A stretch of DNA of 64,000 bases from Candidatus Methylomirabilia bacterium (GCA_041492755.1 JBGPXN010000002.1:22077-86076), one strand, 5' to 3'; counted from the stretch's first letter, positions 18,924 to 29,306 are shown. Numbers and translations are program-made. The notes: a model not told the origin generated them from the letters alone.

Positions 18924-19051
18924 GTACATGGGGGGCCCCGATATGGCCCCCCCTACCCCCATCGCTCGGACGCGCCCCGGGAAACCCGGGGCGCGCCTCG
19001 ACATCCGCGGCGGAGCCGTGGCGCTCCTCGAATTCCCTCACACCCCCTGAG
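18921..19051. repeat. Palindromic intergenic repeat / MITE-like element, copy 2
   Basis: TGAGTACATGGGGGGCCCCGAT...CCGCGGCGGAGCCGTGGCGCTCCTCGAATTCCCTCACACCC.CTGAG shared with copy 1. Confidence 0.8.
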
Positions 19052-19147
19052 TCCCGCCCGGGCCTTCGTGGGCGCGGGTCGCCGTCTGGACAGCCGCGCC
19101 CATCCCCACTACCTTCTTTGGGGCCCCCCATTCAAGGAGACATCGCG

Positions 19148-21049
19148 ATGAAGAGCGTGTACGAGAGCGTGTATCAGCACGCCGCCAGGGATCCGGAGAG
19201 CTTCTGGGCGGCGGCCGCCGAGGACCTGTACTGGGACCGCCGATGGGACCGCGTCCTCGACGACTCGCGCAAGCCGTTCTACCGGTGGTTCCCGGGGGGC
19301 CGGCTCAACACCTGCTACAACGCGCTCGACATCCACGTCGACCGGGGCCGCGGCAAGCAGCGCGCGCTCGTGTACGACAGTCCTGTCACCGGCACCGTGC
19401 GCGCGTTCACCTATCAGGAATTGCGTGACGAGGTCGCGCGCTGCGCGGGCGCGCTCCGGCGGCAAGGCATCACGGCCGGCGACCGCGTCATCGTCTACAT
19501 GCCGATGGTGCCGGAGGCCGTCGTCGCCATGCTCGCGTGCGCCCGGATCGGCGCCATCCACTCCGTCGTTTTCGGCGGGTTCGCCGCGAACGAGCTCGCC
19601 AAGCGCATCGACGACGCCGGGCCGCGGCTGATCCTCTCCGCGTCGTGCGGCATCGAGGTCAACCGCGTCGTGCCCTACAAGCCGCTGCTCGATGGCGCCT
19701 GCGCGATGGCCGCGCACAAGGTCGAGCGATGCGTGATCCTCCAGCGGCCGCAAGAGAAGGCCACGCTCGTGAAAGGCCGGGATCTCGACTGGGGTGATTT
19801 TCTCGACGGCGCCCCACCCGCGGAGTGCGTGCCGGTGGAGGCCACCGATCCCCTCTACGTCCTGTACACGTCGGGCACGACCGGCATCCCCAAGGGCGTC
19901 GTCCACGACAACGGCGGCCACGCGGTCGCGCTCAAGTGGTCGATGAGCGGCGTCTACGGCATGGGCGCGGGCGAGACCTACTGGGCCGCCTCCGACATCG
20001 GCTGGGTCGTCGGCCACTCGTACATCGTCTACGCGCCGCTGCTCAAGGGCTGCACGACGATCCTCTACGAGGGCAAGCCCGTCGGCACGCCGGATCCCGG
20101 CGCGTTCTGGCGGCTCATCAGCCAGCACGGCGTCAACGCGCTCTTCACGGCGCCGACCGCGTTCCGCGCCATCAAGAAGGAGGATCCCCAGGGGACGTAC
20201 ATGCGCACGTACGACCTTTCGCGCTTCCGGACGTTGTTCCTGGCCGGGGAGCGCTGCGATCCCGACACGCTGCTGTGGGCGCGCGAGCATCTGGGCGTGC
20301 CCGTGATCGATCACTGGTGGCAAACGGAGACGGCGTGGCCGATCGCCGCGAACTGCGTGGGGCTCGGCATGCTGCCCGTCAAGCCGGGCTCGCCCACCAA
20401 GCCGGTGCCGGGCTACGACGTGCGCGTGCTGGACGACGCCAACCGCGAGATGCCCGCCGAGCAGATCGGCTCGATCGCGATCACGCTGCCACTGCCGCCC
20501 GGCTGCCTGCCCACGCTGTGGAACAACGACGCCGGCTACGAGAAGTCGTATCTCACCAAGCACCCGGGCTTCTACCTGACCGGCGACGCCGGCTACAAGG
20601 ACGCCGACGGGTACGTCTACATCATGAGTCGCGTGGACGACATCATCAACGTCGCCGGCCACCGGCTGTCCACGGGTGGGATGGAAGAGGTGCTCGCGGC
20701 GCATCCCGACGTCGCCGAGTGCGCGGTGGTCGGCGTGGCCGACGACATCAAGGGCGAGGTCCCGGTCGGCTTCGTGGTGACGAAGGCGGGCGTCGAGCGA
20801 TCCGAGGCCGACATCGTGAAGGAGCTGGTGGAGCGGATCCGGCAGCAGATCGGCCCGGTGGCGGCGTTCAAGACGGCGATGGTCGTCCAGCGCCTGCCCA
20901 AGACGCGCTCGGGCAAAATCTTGCGCGGCACGATGAAGAAGATCGCCGACGGCGCCACCTGGACGATGCCGGCCACCATCGACGATCCCCTCATCCTCGA
21001 CGAGATCACGTCCGCCCTGCAGGGCGTCGGCTACCCCAAGAACGCGTGA
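19148..21049 (+). CDS. prpE: Propionyl-CoA synthetase (acetate/propionate-CoA ligase family)
   Basis: LNTCYNALD.HV; YTSGTTGIPKG; ASDIGWVVGHSY; DHWWQTET; PKTRSGKILR; PATIDDP. Confidence 0.88.
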   Translation: MKSVYESVYQHAARDPESFWAAAAEDLYWDRRWDRVLDDSRKPFYRWFPGGRLNTCYNALDIHVDRGRGKQRALVYDSPVTGTVRAFTYQELRDEVARCAGALRRQGITAGDRVIVYMPMVPEAVVAMLACARIGAIHSVVFGGFAANELAKRIDDAGPRLILSASCGIEVNRVVPYKPLLDGACAMAAHKVERCVILQRPQEKATLVKGRDLDWGDFLDGAPPAECVPVEATDPLYVLYTSGTTGIPKGVVHDNGGHAVALKWSMSGVYGMGAGETYWAASDIGWVVGHSYIVYAPLLKGCTTILYEGKPVGTPDPGAFWRLISQHGVNALFTAPTAFRAIKKEDPQGTYMRTYDLSRFRTLFLAGERCDPDTLLWAREHLGVPVIDHWWQTETAWPIAANCVGLGMLPVKPGSPTKPVPGYDVRVLDDANREMPAEQIGSIAITLPLPPGCLPTLWNNDAGYEKSYLTKHPGFYLTGDAGYKDADGYVYIMSRVDDIINVAGHRLSTGGMEEVLAAHPDVAECAVVGVADDIKGEVPVGFVVTKAGVERSEADIVKELVERIRQQIGPVAAFKTAMVVQRLPKTRSGKILRGTMKKIADGATWTMPATIDDPLILDEITSALQGVGYPKNA

Positions 21050-21873
21050 CGCGCGCGCTCGACGGCGGTCGCGCGGTGGAGCGATTTACCACCGACGACC
21101 TCGCGCGCCCGCTCGCGCTCGGGCCGGGCGCCCGGCGCATCGTGTCGCTCGCGCCTTCGTGCACGGAGAGCCTGCTCGCGCTCGGCGCGGGTGACCGCCT
21201 CGTGGGTGTGGAGGAGCACTCCGAGCTGCCGCCGGCCCTCGCCCATCTGCCCCGCATCGGCGGCTTCAAGTACCTCGATCTCGCCCGCATCGTCGCCCTC
21301 GAGCCCGATCTCGTCGTGGCGGCGTCGCTGCACGCGGTCGCTGTGGTCCCGCGGCTCGCGGCCGATGGGTTACGCGTGTTCGCGTTCCTGCCGCGCACGC
21401 TCGACGACGTCGTGGACGGCTTGGCGCGCCTGGCCGCGCGCGCGGCCGGCGGCGGGGTGGCTCGCCGCAGCCCGGGCTCGGATCGCGCGGGTGGTGGAGC
21501 GCACCGTGCGCGGGGGGCGCCGGCCGCTCGTCTACGTCGAGCTCTCCCCGCGCGGGCACACCGGGGGGCCGCAGAGCTTCGTGCACGACCTGGTCACCAA
21601 GGCCGGCGGCGTCAACGCGGGCGGGCTCGCGCGCGTGGAGTGGCCGGTGCTCTCGGCGGCGACGGTGTGCCGCCTCGATCCCGAGGTGATCGTCCTCGCG
21701 GCTATCCGGGCAGCGCGACCGCCGAGACGCTCGCCGCCCGCGACGGCTGGGCGGGCCTCGCCGCCGTCAAGACCCGGCGAGTGTTCGAAGTGCCGTCACC
21801 GACGCTGAAGCATCCGGGACCACTGGCCATCGACGGTCTCGAGTGCGTCGCGGCCCTCCTCGCTCGTGACTAG
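21046..21873 (+). pseudogene. BtuF-like cobalamin/metal ABC substrate-binding protein with two compensating frameshifts
   Basis: RRIVSLAPSCTESL.ALG..DRLVGV...IVALEPDLV in the main frame. The middle (VYVEL...GPQSFVHDLV..AGG.N...LDPEVIV) is in another frame, ~21450-21700. The C-terminus (W..L.AVK..RV...PGP) is back in the main frame. Confidence 0.7.
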
Positions 21874-22154
21874 ACCGGCCGGCCACCGACTTGCCTACCG
21901 CCCGGCGACACGCCGAGAGGGCTTGATGGCGCGATGCCGGGAGGGCGCTGGCGCTCTGGCGTGGGCGCGCTTGAGCCTTCATTTCGCCGAGCGCTGAGCC
22001 GTCGGTCCAGTGTCGGACCGGCAGGATCGGCCGGCCGGTGCCGCGGTGGGAGAGAGAGCGGATTTCGCGCGCCGTGCAAGAATTTATGCGCCCCCACCAG
22101 TTGTGTCAGTTCTTCGCTTGCCTCTCCCCGCCGAGGTTGGGTATAACCTTTTAC

Positions 22155-23798
22155 GTGAAGCGCGTCCTCGCGGCGGTTCTCGTCGCCCTGCTTCTCTGTC
22201 CCGCCATCCCAGCTTCGGTCCGGGCGCAGACGACCGAGGCCGACGTCTACGTCGCCCAGGCCATCATCGACTTCGAGGAGAAGCGCTACCCGGACGCGCT
22301 CGAGAACCTCAGGAAAGCGTCGGAGCTCGAGCCGGATCACGTCGAGGCCCTCTACTACACGGGCGTGATCGCCATGACCCAGGGCCGGACGCCCGAAGCC
22401 ATCGCGCCGCTGGAGCGGGCGCGGGCCAAGGCGCCGGGCGACCCGTCGGTGGCGTTCCAGCTCGGCCTCGCCTACTTCGGACAGCAGCAGTACGACAAGG
22501 CGCAGCCGCTCCTCGAAGAGGTGTTCCGGGGGCAGCCGACGCTCGACGGCCTCGGGTACTACGTCGGGTTCATGCGATACCGCAAGAAGGATTACCGCAA
22601 CGCGCTCGCCGCCTTCCGTGCCGGACGCTCCGCGGACCCCGAGCTGCAGCAGCTCACGCGGCTCTACAGCGGCCTCACCCTCGCCGTGCTCGGTCTGCCC
22701 ACGCAGGCGGCGGCCGAGGTCGAGCAGTCGCTGCGATTGGCCCCGGGCTCCGCGCTCACCGGTCCCTCCGAACGATTGCGCGACACGATCGCGCAGGCGC
22801 GCTCGAAGGAAAAGCGACTCGCGATCGACCTGCGCTTCGGCTTCCTGTACGACGACAACGTCCGGGTCACGCCGGACCCGAGCAACCAGGAGCCGATCGT
22901 GCGCCCGCTCCTCCACCCGAAGCGCGATTCGCCGGGGGAGGTGGCCGGGGTCAACATCAACTACACCTTCTTCCGGACGGACTCGTGGGACGCCAGCGCC
23001 GGGTACTCGTTCTTCGGGACGTACTACAACGACCTCACCAGCTTCAACACGACCGACCACCTGGTGAATTTCGGGCTGACCCACAAGACGGCTCTGTCGG
23101 CCACGTTTCCCTGGATCGGCGAGATCAACATGCCGGCGCAGCTCGGCGCCCAGTACGCGTTCGACGTGCTCTACCTGCGCGAGGACCAGTTCATCCAGCG
23201 GCACACCGGGACGGTCTACGCCGCGGTCGTCGAGAACGATCTCCTGCTGACCCAGGCCTTCATGCGCTACCAGCGCAAGGACTTCACCGAGCCCGACATC
23301 CGCCCGCCTCGCGAGGAGATCCGCGACGCCGACAACTACATGGTCGGCTTCGTCCAGCTCTTCCGCTTCGAGGAGGACCGGCACTTCATCAAGCTGGGAT
23401 ACCAGTTCGACTACGAGGAGACGTCCGGGAAGAACTACGAGTACCGCGGGCACCGGCTCACCGCGGGCGGCCAGTACACGCTGCCCTGGTATGGCATCCG
23501 GCTGAAGTACGACATGGATGCGCACATCCGCGGCTACGTCCACAAGAACAGCCTGCTGCCGACCGTCGATGAGACCGGTGTCCCCGGATCCGGGCAAGAC
23601 AAAAAGCGCCGGCGCGACCACGAGATCACGCACGTCATGCGCGTAGAGTGGCCGCTGCCGTGGAAGCCCCGGCTGTTCGACCGCGACACCGAGTTCGTGC
23701 TGGCGGGGGAGCACCAGAACACCGGCGCTCACTCCAACATCCAGGTCTTCGACTACGATCGCCGCGTGACCTCGCTGATCCTGTCCTGGTCCTTCTGA
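22155..23798 (+). CDS. TPR plus C-terminal outer-membrane beta-barrel protein (SLAM/DUF560-like)
   Basis: Signal peptide; TPR helices; YDDNV motif at the barrel start; alternating aromatic strands; ends ...SNI.VFDYDR..TSLILSWSF. Confidence 0.75.
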   Translation: MKRVLAAVLVALLLCPAIPASVRAQTTEADVYVAQAIIDFEEKRYPDALENLRKASELEPDHVEALYYTGVIAMTQGRTPEAIAPLERARAKAPGDPSVAFQLGLAYFGQQQYDKAQPLLEEVFRGQPTLDGLGYYVGFMRYRKKDYRNALAAFRAGRSADPELQQLTRLYSGLTLAVLGLPTQAAAEVEQSLRLAPGSALTGPSERLRDTIAQARSKEKRLAIDLRFGFLYDDNVRVTPDPSNQEPIVRPLLHPKRDSPGEVAGVNINYTFFRTDSWDASAGYSFFGTYYNDLTSFNTTDHLVNFGLTHKTALSATFPWIGEINMPAQLGAQYAFDVLYLREDQFIQRHTGTVYAAVVENDLLLTQAFMRYQRKDFTEPDIRPPREEIRDADNYMVGFVQLFRFEEDRHFIKLGYQFDYEETSGKNYEYRGHRLTAGGQYTLPWYGIRLKYDMDAHIRGYVHKNSLLPTVDETGVPGSGQDKKRRRDHEITHVMRVEWPLPWKPRLFDRDTEFVLAGEHQNTGAHSNIQVFDYDRRVTSLILSWSF

Positions 23799-23810
23799 TT
23801 AATGAGCGAC

Positions 23811-23831
23811 GACCGCCCCCGACGGGCGGTC
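23811..23831. terminator. GC hairpin between convergent genes
   Basis: GACCGCCC-CCGAC-GGGCGGTC; no clear U-tract. Confidence 0.4.
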
Positions 23832-23896
23832 AGGCAGGAGTCGCCGACTTCGCAGCCTTCGTGATCTTCAGGGGGTCTTCGGGGTCTCCGTGACCT

Positions 23897-24277
23897 TCAC
23901 GGGGCCTTCTTCATCTTGACGTAACGCTGGCGGTTGTTCTCGAAGGCCCACTCGTTGGTGTCCTTCACGTCCACCCGCTGCTTCTTGCCCGCGTCCTCGA
24001 TCAGCTTCTTGCGCTCGTCGAGCAGGCCCTTGAGCTCGTTCTGCATGTCCTGGGCCTGCCGCTGGAGCAGCGCGAAGTTGGCGAGGATGGCGGACATCTT
24101 CGCCTCCGTCGCCGCCGCCTTCAGCGTGGTCTGCTCGTCGAGGCGGATCTCCTCGCCGGGCCCGGGCTGGGGCGTGGTGGCCTGAGCGAGTTGGACCGGG
24201 CTGGGTTGCGCTGCCACCGGCGCGACCACGAGCGTGGTTGCGGTGAGCGCCACGGCCATCGACACGACAGCCTTCAT
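23897..24277 (-). CDS. Small secreted coiled-coil hypothetical protein
   Basis: Signal peptide (VAA|Q), amphipathic helical core and GGAGAAGG RBS. Confidence 0.7.
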   Translation of the reverse strand: MKAVVSMAVALTATTLVVAPVAAQPSPVQLAQATTPQPGPGEEIRLDEQTTLKAAATEAKMSAILANFALLQRQAQDMQNELKGLLDERKKLIEDAGKKQRVDVKDTNEWAFENNRQRYVKMKKAP

Positions 24278-24329
24278 TCGGAATCCTTCTCCTCTGTCCC
24301 GAGTTCTTCTTACCGCAACGCGACGTCCA

Positions 24330-27300
24330 TCACCCGCCGCCGTTGCCGCCGGTACCCGTGATGACGAGCCGGCTGTTGGCCCCGCTCAGGATGACGTCGG
24401 CGGTGCTGATGGCGCTCCGGGTGATGGTCCCCGAGCCCGCGATCCCGCCCCCGCTCCCCACACTGATGTTGGAGGAGGAGGCGCCGTTCTGGATGGCGAC
24501 GTTGAGGCCGCCAAAGCTGAGGCACGACGTGCCGCAGGCCGTGTTGGTGATGTTGACGGTGTTGCTACCGGTCCCGAACCGGTACATCACACCGGTGATG
24601 TTCACCACCGCGGTGCCGCTGATCGACAGCGGTGCGCCGTTGCTCACGCGGAGGGTGCTGCCGCTGCTGAGGGAAAAGAGGTCGCCGCTGACTCGCAGCA
24701 GGCTGTCGTTCACACGCACGGCGGCTCCGCTGTTGACGGTCAGGGTGCTCGCGATGAGCTCGACCAGGTTCCCCGCCGCGGTGAGCTTCGCCTTGTTGCT
24801 GAGATCGATGGCGTCGAGCGCGGTCGTGAGGCTACTGCCGGGCGCGCCCGTCGCGGAGGTCAGTCGCAGGATCGGCATGCTGGCTTGCACCAGCGCATCG
24901 TCTTGTAGATAGAACTTCTGGGGCACGGTCGATCCCGACCCGAACGTGGCGTCCTTGGCCTCCATGAAGACGCCGCCGTGCGACAGCGGGACGTCCGTGC
25001 CCGTCGTGACGTTCACGGCGCCCGCGCTCGTCTCGCCGCCCACGGCTTCGGTGGTGAAGGCGGTGGTCCGGCCGCTGAGGCGGAACATCGCGGAGTCCGT
25101 CGCGATCGCCGTCGCGATAGCGTGCGTCCCGCCCGTGAAGCTCGTCAGCGGGTCTGTCGACCCGTTCACTTGCAGGTTGGCGTTCTCCTGCACCCTGACC
25201 AAGCCGTGCGTCGCGTTCAGGATGCTGCCAACGGAGAGCAGCGGCCCGTTCAGCGTTACCGTAGCCGGCGATCCCGAACTCACCGGGCCCCCCAGCGCGC
25301 TGATGCTCAGCACGCGACCGTCGAAGCCGGCCGAGCCGGCGTTCAGCGTCGAGTTGCTGAGCGTGATCAGCGGCGACGTCGTTGTGCTCGTGAGCTGCCC
25401 ACCTTGGAACACGCCGATCACGTCACTGCTGAAGGTCGAGGTCGTGGAGCCCGTCGCGGAGAGGAGCGGGCCGGCCAGAGTCACCGTGGACAGCGTTGAA
25501 CCCGTGGATCCGCTGACGTTCAGCAACCGACCGCCGATCGAGCCCGAGCCGGCGCTGAGGGTGGAGGTGCCGATGAGGGAGATCAATGGCGCCGTCGTTG
25601 TGCTCGTCAGTCTGGCGCCGCTCAATACGCCGATCACGTCATTGGTGAAGCTCAAGTCCGGCGAGATCGTCGCCGGCAACGGCCCGGCCAAGAGGACCGG
25701 GCCGGCCAGCGTCACCGCCGCCGTCGCGGAACCCGTGGTCCCTCCTGCGCCACTGACGCTCAGCAGCCGCCCGCTGAACGCGGTAGACCCGGCGCGAAGC
25801 GTCGTTCCGCCGCTCAGGGTCACCAACGGCGCCGTCGTCGTGCTCGCCAGGGTCGCGCCATTGAACACGCCGATCACGTCACCCGTGAAGCTCAGCGTGG
25901 AGCTGGTCGCCGAGAGCAGCGGGCCGGCCAGAGACACGCTGGTCGCCAGCGCCGCGACGTTGGCCGTCGGCTGGTTGGCAAGGAGCAGGGCGCCGTAGGT
26001 CGTGGTGCCGTCGATCACGTTGGTGCCGCCGGCGGTCAACGTCGACGAGTCGGTCACGGTCATGAGGGCGACCGGGCTCGTGCTGGTGAAGCTCGACTGA
26101 TTCACGGACAACGTGGAGAACAGCGAGGTCAACCTGCTGGCCGCCGGGTTCGGCGTCGCTTGGGTCACCGGATCCTTCGCCATCGACAACAGCGGGCCGG
26201 CGAGGTTGACGCTGGCGGAGGCGGTGAGGGACTCGCCCAGGTTCGTGGCCGTCACGTGAAAGAAGGTGCCACCCGACTGGCTGTCGGGGCCCGCGCTGAA
26301 GGTGGAGCTCGTGAGCTGGATCAGGGCACCGGCGCCGGTTCCGGTGAGACGGCCTCCCTGACCGATGAAGAACCCGCTGCAGCAAGCCGACCGCGAGCCG
26401 CCGGGGAGGAATCCGAGGCTCGTGGTGTTGAAGCTGCTGTTGTTGCTCGCCACCAGCAGCGGGCCCGCGATGCTCATCGACGGGATGGCCTGGCTCAGGG
26501 TGTTGCGCAGGGTCAGGATGTTGGCCGACGTGTCCACGGTCGTGTTGCTGAACGACATCAGCGGCCCGGTGCCGGTGCTCGTGAAGCTCGTGCCGTTGCC
26601 GATGAAGACGAAGCTCTGGGTGTTACTGGTCGGCAGGCCGTTCTGGATGGTGGTGTTCGCCGCAGCGACGAGCGGCCCCGCCAGGGTGATCGAGACGGGG
26701 GCGTTGCCTGCCGCCGAGGACGCGGTGAAGAAGTTACCCGTGCCCCCCGCGGTGGCGGAGCCGCCGGTGATCGAGATCAACGGCTCGCCCGACGTGCTGG
26801 ATAACGTCGAGCCGTCGAAGATCCCGAAGGCGTCGTCGGTCGTCAGGATCGTGGCGTTGGTCGACTTCCACAGTGGCCCACGGAGGCTGACATTCGTGAG
26901 CGCAGGGTTGCCCGTCGAGTTGCTGAGCGCCAGCGTTACGAGCCGGCCCGTCGTCGTGGACCCGTCGATCGGGCTGGGCCCGCCGATGTTGATGGTCGTG
27001 CCGTCGAACGCCAGCAGCGGATCGGTGGTCGTGCTCGAGAGCGTGCCGCGGAAGACGCCCAGCACGTTCTGGAGCGCCGCGACAGTGCCACCCGTCATGC
27101 TGAGCAGCGCGCCTGCCAGCGTCACCGATGGCGTCGCCACGACCGTTGGCTCACCCAGGATCGACGTGAAGTCGAAGATGCTGATCACGCGGTTGCCGAG
27201 GTTGAGCGCCGTGCCGTTGAGCTGGATGAGCGGCGTGGTGGTCGTGCTCGTGAAGCGCGTGCCCTGACCGACCGCGAGCAGGTTGCAGCAGAGCTGCCGG

Positions 27301-28973
27301 GCGCCCGACTGATCGAAGAAGGCCGAGCTGAAGGACCGGAAGCTCCCACCGGCGGCTCGGAGCAGCGGCCCCGCGAGATCCACGGTCGGCGCCGGGCCGC
27401 CGAAGCGATTCCGCGCGGTGAAGAGGCTGCCCGAGCTGCTGACCGTGCTGTTCGTGAGCTGGACGAACGGGTCGCTGCTGGTGCCGCGGATAACGGCCCC
27501 ATCACCGGCAAGGGCGAAAGCCAGCGCGTTGGCGTTCGGCCCGCTTTCCACGCCATTGACGAGGGTGCTGCCGTCGGCCGTGAGCAAGGCCCCGGCCAGG
27601 GTGAGGCGGCCATTCTCGATGAACGCGAAGTTCGCGCCGGCGTTCAACGTGCTGTTCCTGAACTGCACGAGCGTTCCGTTGTCGTTGCCGGTCACGATGG
27701 CGCCCCGGAGGAGCAGTGCCTCACGCGGAAGGTTAATGATGCTGTTGGCTACGGTCAGCAGGGGCGACGCCAGCGTGAGGTTGGCGCCTGCGAGGGCCGC
27801 GATCGCGGGGTCAGCGGTCAAGAGATTGAGGGTCGCACTATTGCTGATCTGGGCCAGCGCAGCCAAAGAGGTGCGGTTCAGCGTGGTACTGAAGCGGAAA
27901 ACAGAGTTCTGAACGTTGAGCGTTCCTCCGGACAGAACGAACGGGTCACCCTGCAGTGGACCAGCGATCGTGATAGGGAACTGCAGTACGCCGGCGGTGG
28001 TGGTGAAGAACGGTATGCCGGAGAGAGCGACAAAGCTGCAGCCCTGTGCGCTACACAGTGGCGGTGCCACTGCGGCCTGGGCTGTTGCTATGACCGCCAT
28101 CAGCGTTTCGCATTGCTGCGATCCGTTACACAGTGCGTTGTACTCCGTGTGTAGCGTGTTTGTCGTCGTGGTCACGGGCTGGATCGGCAGGGGCGCTGGC
28201 GCCGAAAGGCCCCCACCGGGCGTGGGACCCACCAGCCTGTTCACGAGGTTCGTGGCTGTTAACACCGCCTGCTCACGGACCTGTGCGCGATTGCCCGCCT
28301 CGGTGGCCTGCACACCCTGCGGCTGCAGACCCGACGTCACCTGCTGCACCTGCTCGGGCGGGATCGGAGCGATCCGTGGCGGCGCGTTGCCGGTGGCGGT
28401 GAAAGACTGCAGCACGTTGAGCGGCTGCGGCGGCCCCACGGGCGCCCGCGTGACCGGATCGAGCTGGGTGGCGAGCACCGTGCCGCGGAGCACGTAGAAG
28501 TTCGTGGTGACCGCCGGCGCGCCGGCGCCGGCCTGGGCGCTGGCGCGCAGGACCTCGGCGACGACGACCGTACCGCGCACGGCGGCGACCGCGTTGGGGG
28601 TGCGGATCTCGATCTGCTCACCGGGGCGCAGCTTCTCGCGGGCGACGGCCAGCGCGATCTTGCCGGATTCCAGGTCGACCGTGGACCGGCCAGGCACCTC
28701 GGTGATGTTGAGGATGGAGCGCTCGCGGACGGTAACGACCGCCTTGCCGCCCAGGAGCATGCGGGCCAGCGACCGATCGCCGGTGGTGATGCGGTCGCGC
28801 AGGAAGACGTCGTCCTTGAACTTGAGGGACACGGGCGCGGTACCGCGGGTGGCGGTGACGGTGCCTTCGAGGGTGGTGACGACGCCGGCTTTCTCCTGCT
28901 GGGCCAGAACCAGCGTGGGCCAGAAGGTAAACAGCGCGAGGAGGGTGGCGAGCGCACGACGGAACATCACCAT
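24330..28973 (-). CDS. Large secreted FecR-domain protein with repetitive beta-solenoid-like C-terminal region (1547 aa)
   Basis: Signal peptide; FecR-type GVVT.LEG.V...D.I.TG..S.A...V.ERS...TPNAVAAVRGT; about ten 'L.GPLL...STTT.PL' repeats; GGAGG RBS at 28978-28982. Confidence 0.85.
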   Translation of the reverse strand: MVMFRRALATLLALFTFWPTLVLAQQEKAGVVTTLEGTVTATRGTAPVSLKFKDDVFLRDRITTGDRSLARMLLGGKAVVTVRERSILNITEVPGRSTVDLESGKIALAVAREKLRPGEQIEIRTPNAVAAVRGTVVVAEVLRASAQAGAGAPAVTTNFYVLRGTVLATQLDPVTRAPVGPPQPLNVLQSFTATGNAPPRIAPIPPEQVQQVTSGLQPQGVQATEAGNRAQVREQAVLTATNLVNRLVGPTPGGGLSAPAPLPIQPVTTTTNTLHTEYNALCNGSQQCETLMAVIATAQAAVAPPLCSAQGCSFVALSGIPFFTTTAGVLQFPITIAGPLQGDPFVLSGGTLNVQNSVFRFSTTLNRTSLAALAQISNSATLNLLTADPAIAALAGANLTLASPLLTVANSIINLPREALLLRGAIVTGNDNGTLVQFRNSTLNAGANFAFIENGRLTLAGALLTADGSTLVNGVESGPNANALAFALAGDGAVIRGTSSDPFVQLTNSTVSSSGSLFTARNRFGGPAPTVDLAGPLLRAAGGSFRSFSSAFFDQSGARQLCCNLLAVGQGTRFTSTTTTPLIQLNGTALNLGNRVISIFDFTSILGEPTVVATPSVTLAGALLSMTGGTVAALQNVLGVFRGTLSSTTTDPLLAFDGTTINIGGPSPIDGSTTTGRLVTLALSNSTGNPALTNVSLRGPLWKSTNATILTTDDAFGIFDGSTLSSTSGEPLISITGGSATAGGTGNFFTASSAAGNAPVSITLAGPLVAAANTTIQNGLPTSNTQSFVFIGNGTSFTSTGTGPLMSFSNTTVDTSANILTLRNTLSQAIPSMSIAGPLLVASNNSSFNTTSLGFLPGGSRSACCSGFFIGQGGRLTGTGAGALIQLTSSTFSAGPDSQSGGTFFHVTATNLGESLTASASVNLAGPLLSMAKDPVTQATPNPAASRLTSLFSTLSVNQSSFTSTSPVALMTVTDSSTLTAGGTNVIDGTTTYGALLLANQPTANVAALATSVSLAGPLLSATSSTLSFTGDVIGVFNGATLASTTTAPLVTLSGGTTLRAGSTAFSGRLLSVSGAGGTTGSATAAVTLAGPVLLAGPLPATISPDLSFTNDVIGVLSGARLTSTTTAPLISLIGTSTLSAGSGSIGGRLLNVSGSTGSTLSTVTLAGPLLSATGSTTSTFSSDVIGVFQGGQLTSTTTSPLITLSNSTLNAGSAGFDGRVLSISALGGPVSSGSPATVTLNGPLLSVGSILNATHGLVRVQENANLQVNGSTDPLTSFTGGTHAIATAIATDSAMFRLSGRTTAFTTEAVGGETSAGAVNVTTGTDVPLSHGGVFMEAKDATFGSGSTVPQKFYLQDDALVQASMPILRLTSATGAPGSSLTTALDAIDLSNKAKLTAAGNLVELIASTLTVNSGAAVRVNDSLLRVSGDLFSLSSGSTLRVSNGAPLSISGTAVVNITGVMYRFGTGSNTVNITNTACGTSCLSFGGLNVAIQNGASSSNISVGSGGGIAGSGTITRSAISTADVILSGANSRLVITGTGGNGGG

Positions 28974-29219
28974 GGGGCCTCCCGGAAACCGTCGGCGAAG
29001 ATTGGCGGCCGCGCGACTGACGAGACTTTCATCAACAGTCTCGCGATCATCGGCCGCGCGAGGTATTTTTGTCAACGAAGAATCGCGAGAGTCCCCACCC
29101 AACGGCCGGGGCGCGCCGACAACCCCGCGGGATCGTTGATTCCACGCTGGCCGCGTGATAGCGTGATGGCGCTCAGCGTGCCCGTCGGGCACGCCTCCAC
29201 GCACGAATTCCGGCGGCGC

Positions 29220-29297
29220 GGGCTCGTGGTGCAGCCTGGTTAGCACACTGGACTGTCAATCCAGAGGCCGCGGGTTCAAATCCCGTCGAGCCCGCCA
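29220..29297 (+). tRNA. tRNA-Asp(GTC)
   Basis: GGGCTCG/CGAGCCC acceptor stem, CTGGA-CTGTCAA-TCCAG anticodon arm, GGTTCAAATCC T-loop, G73 and encoded CCA. Confidence 0.97.
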
Positions 29298-29306
29298 CTA
29301 ATCCAA

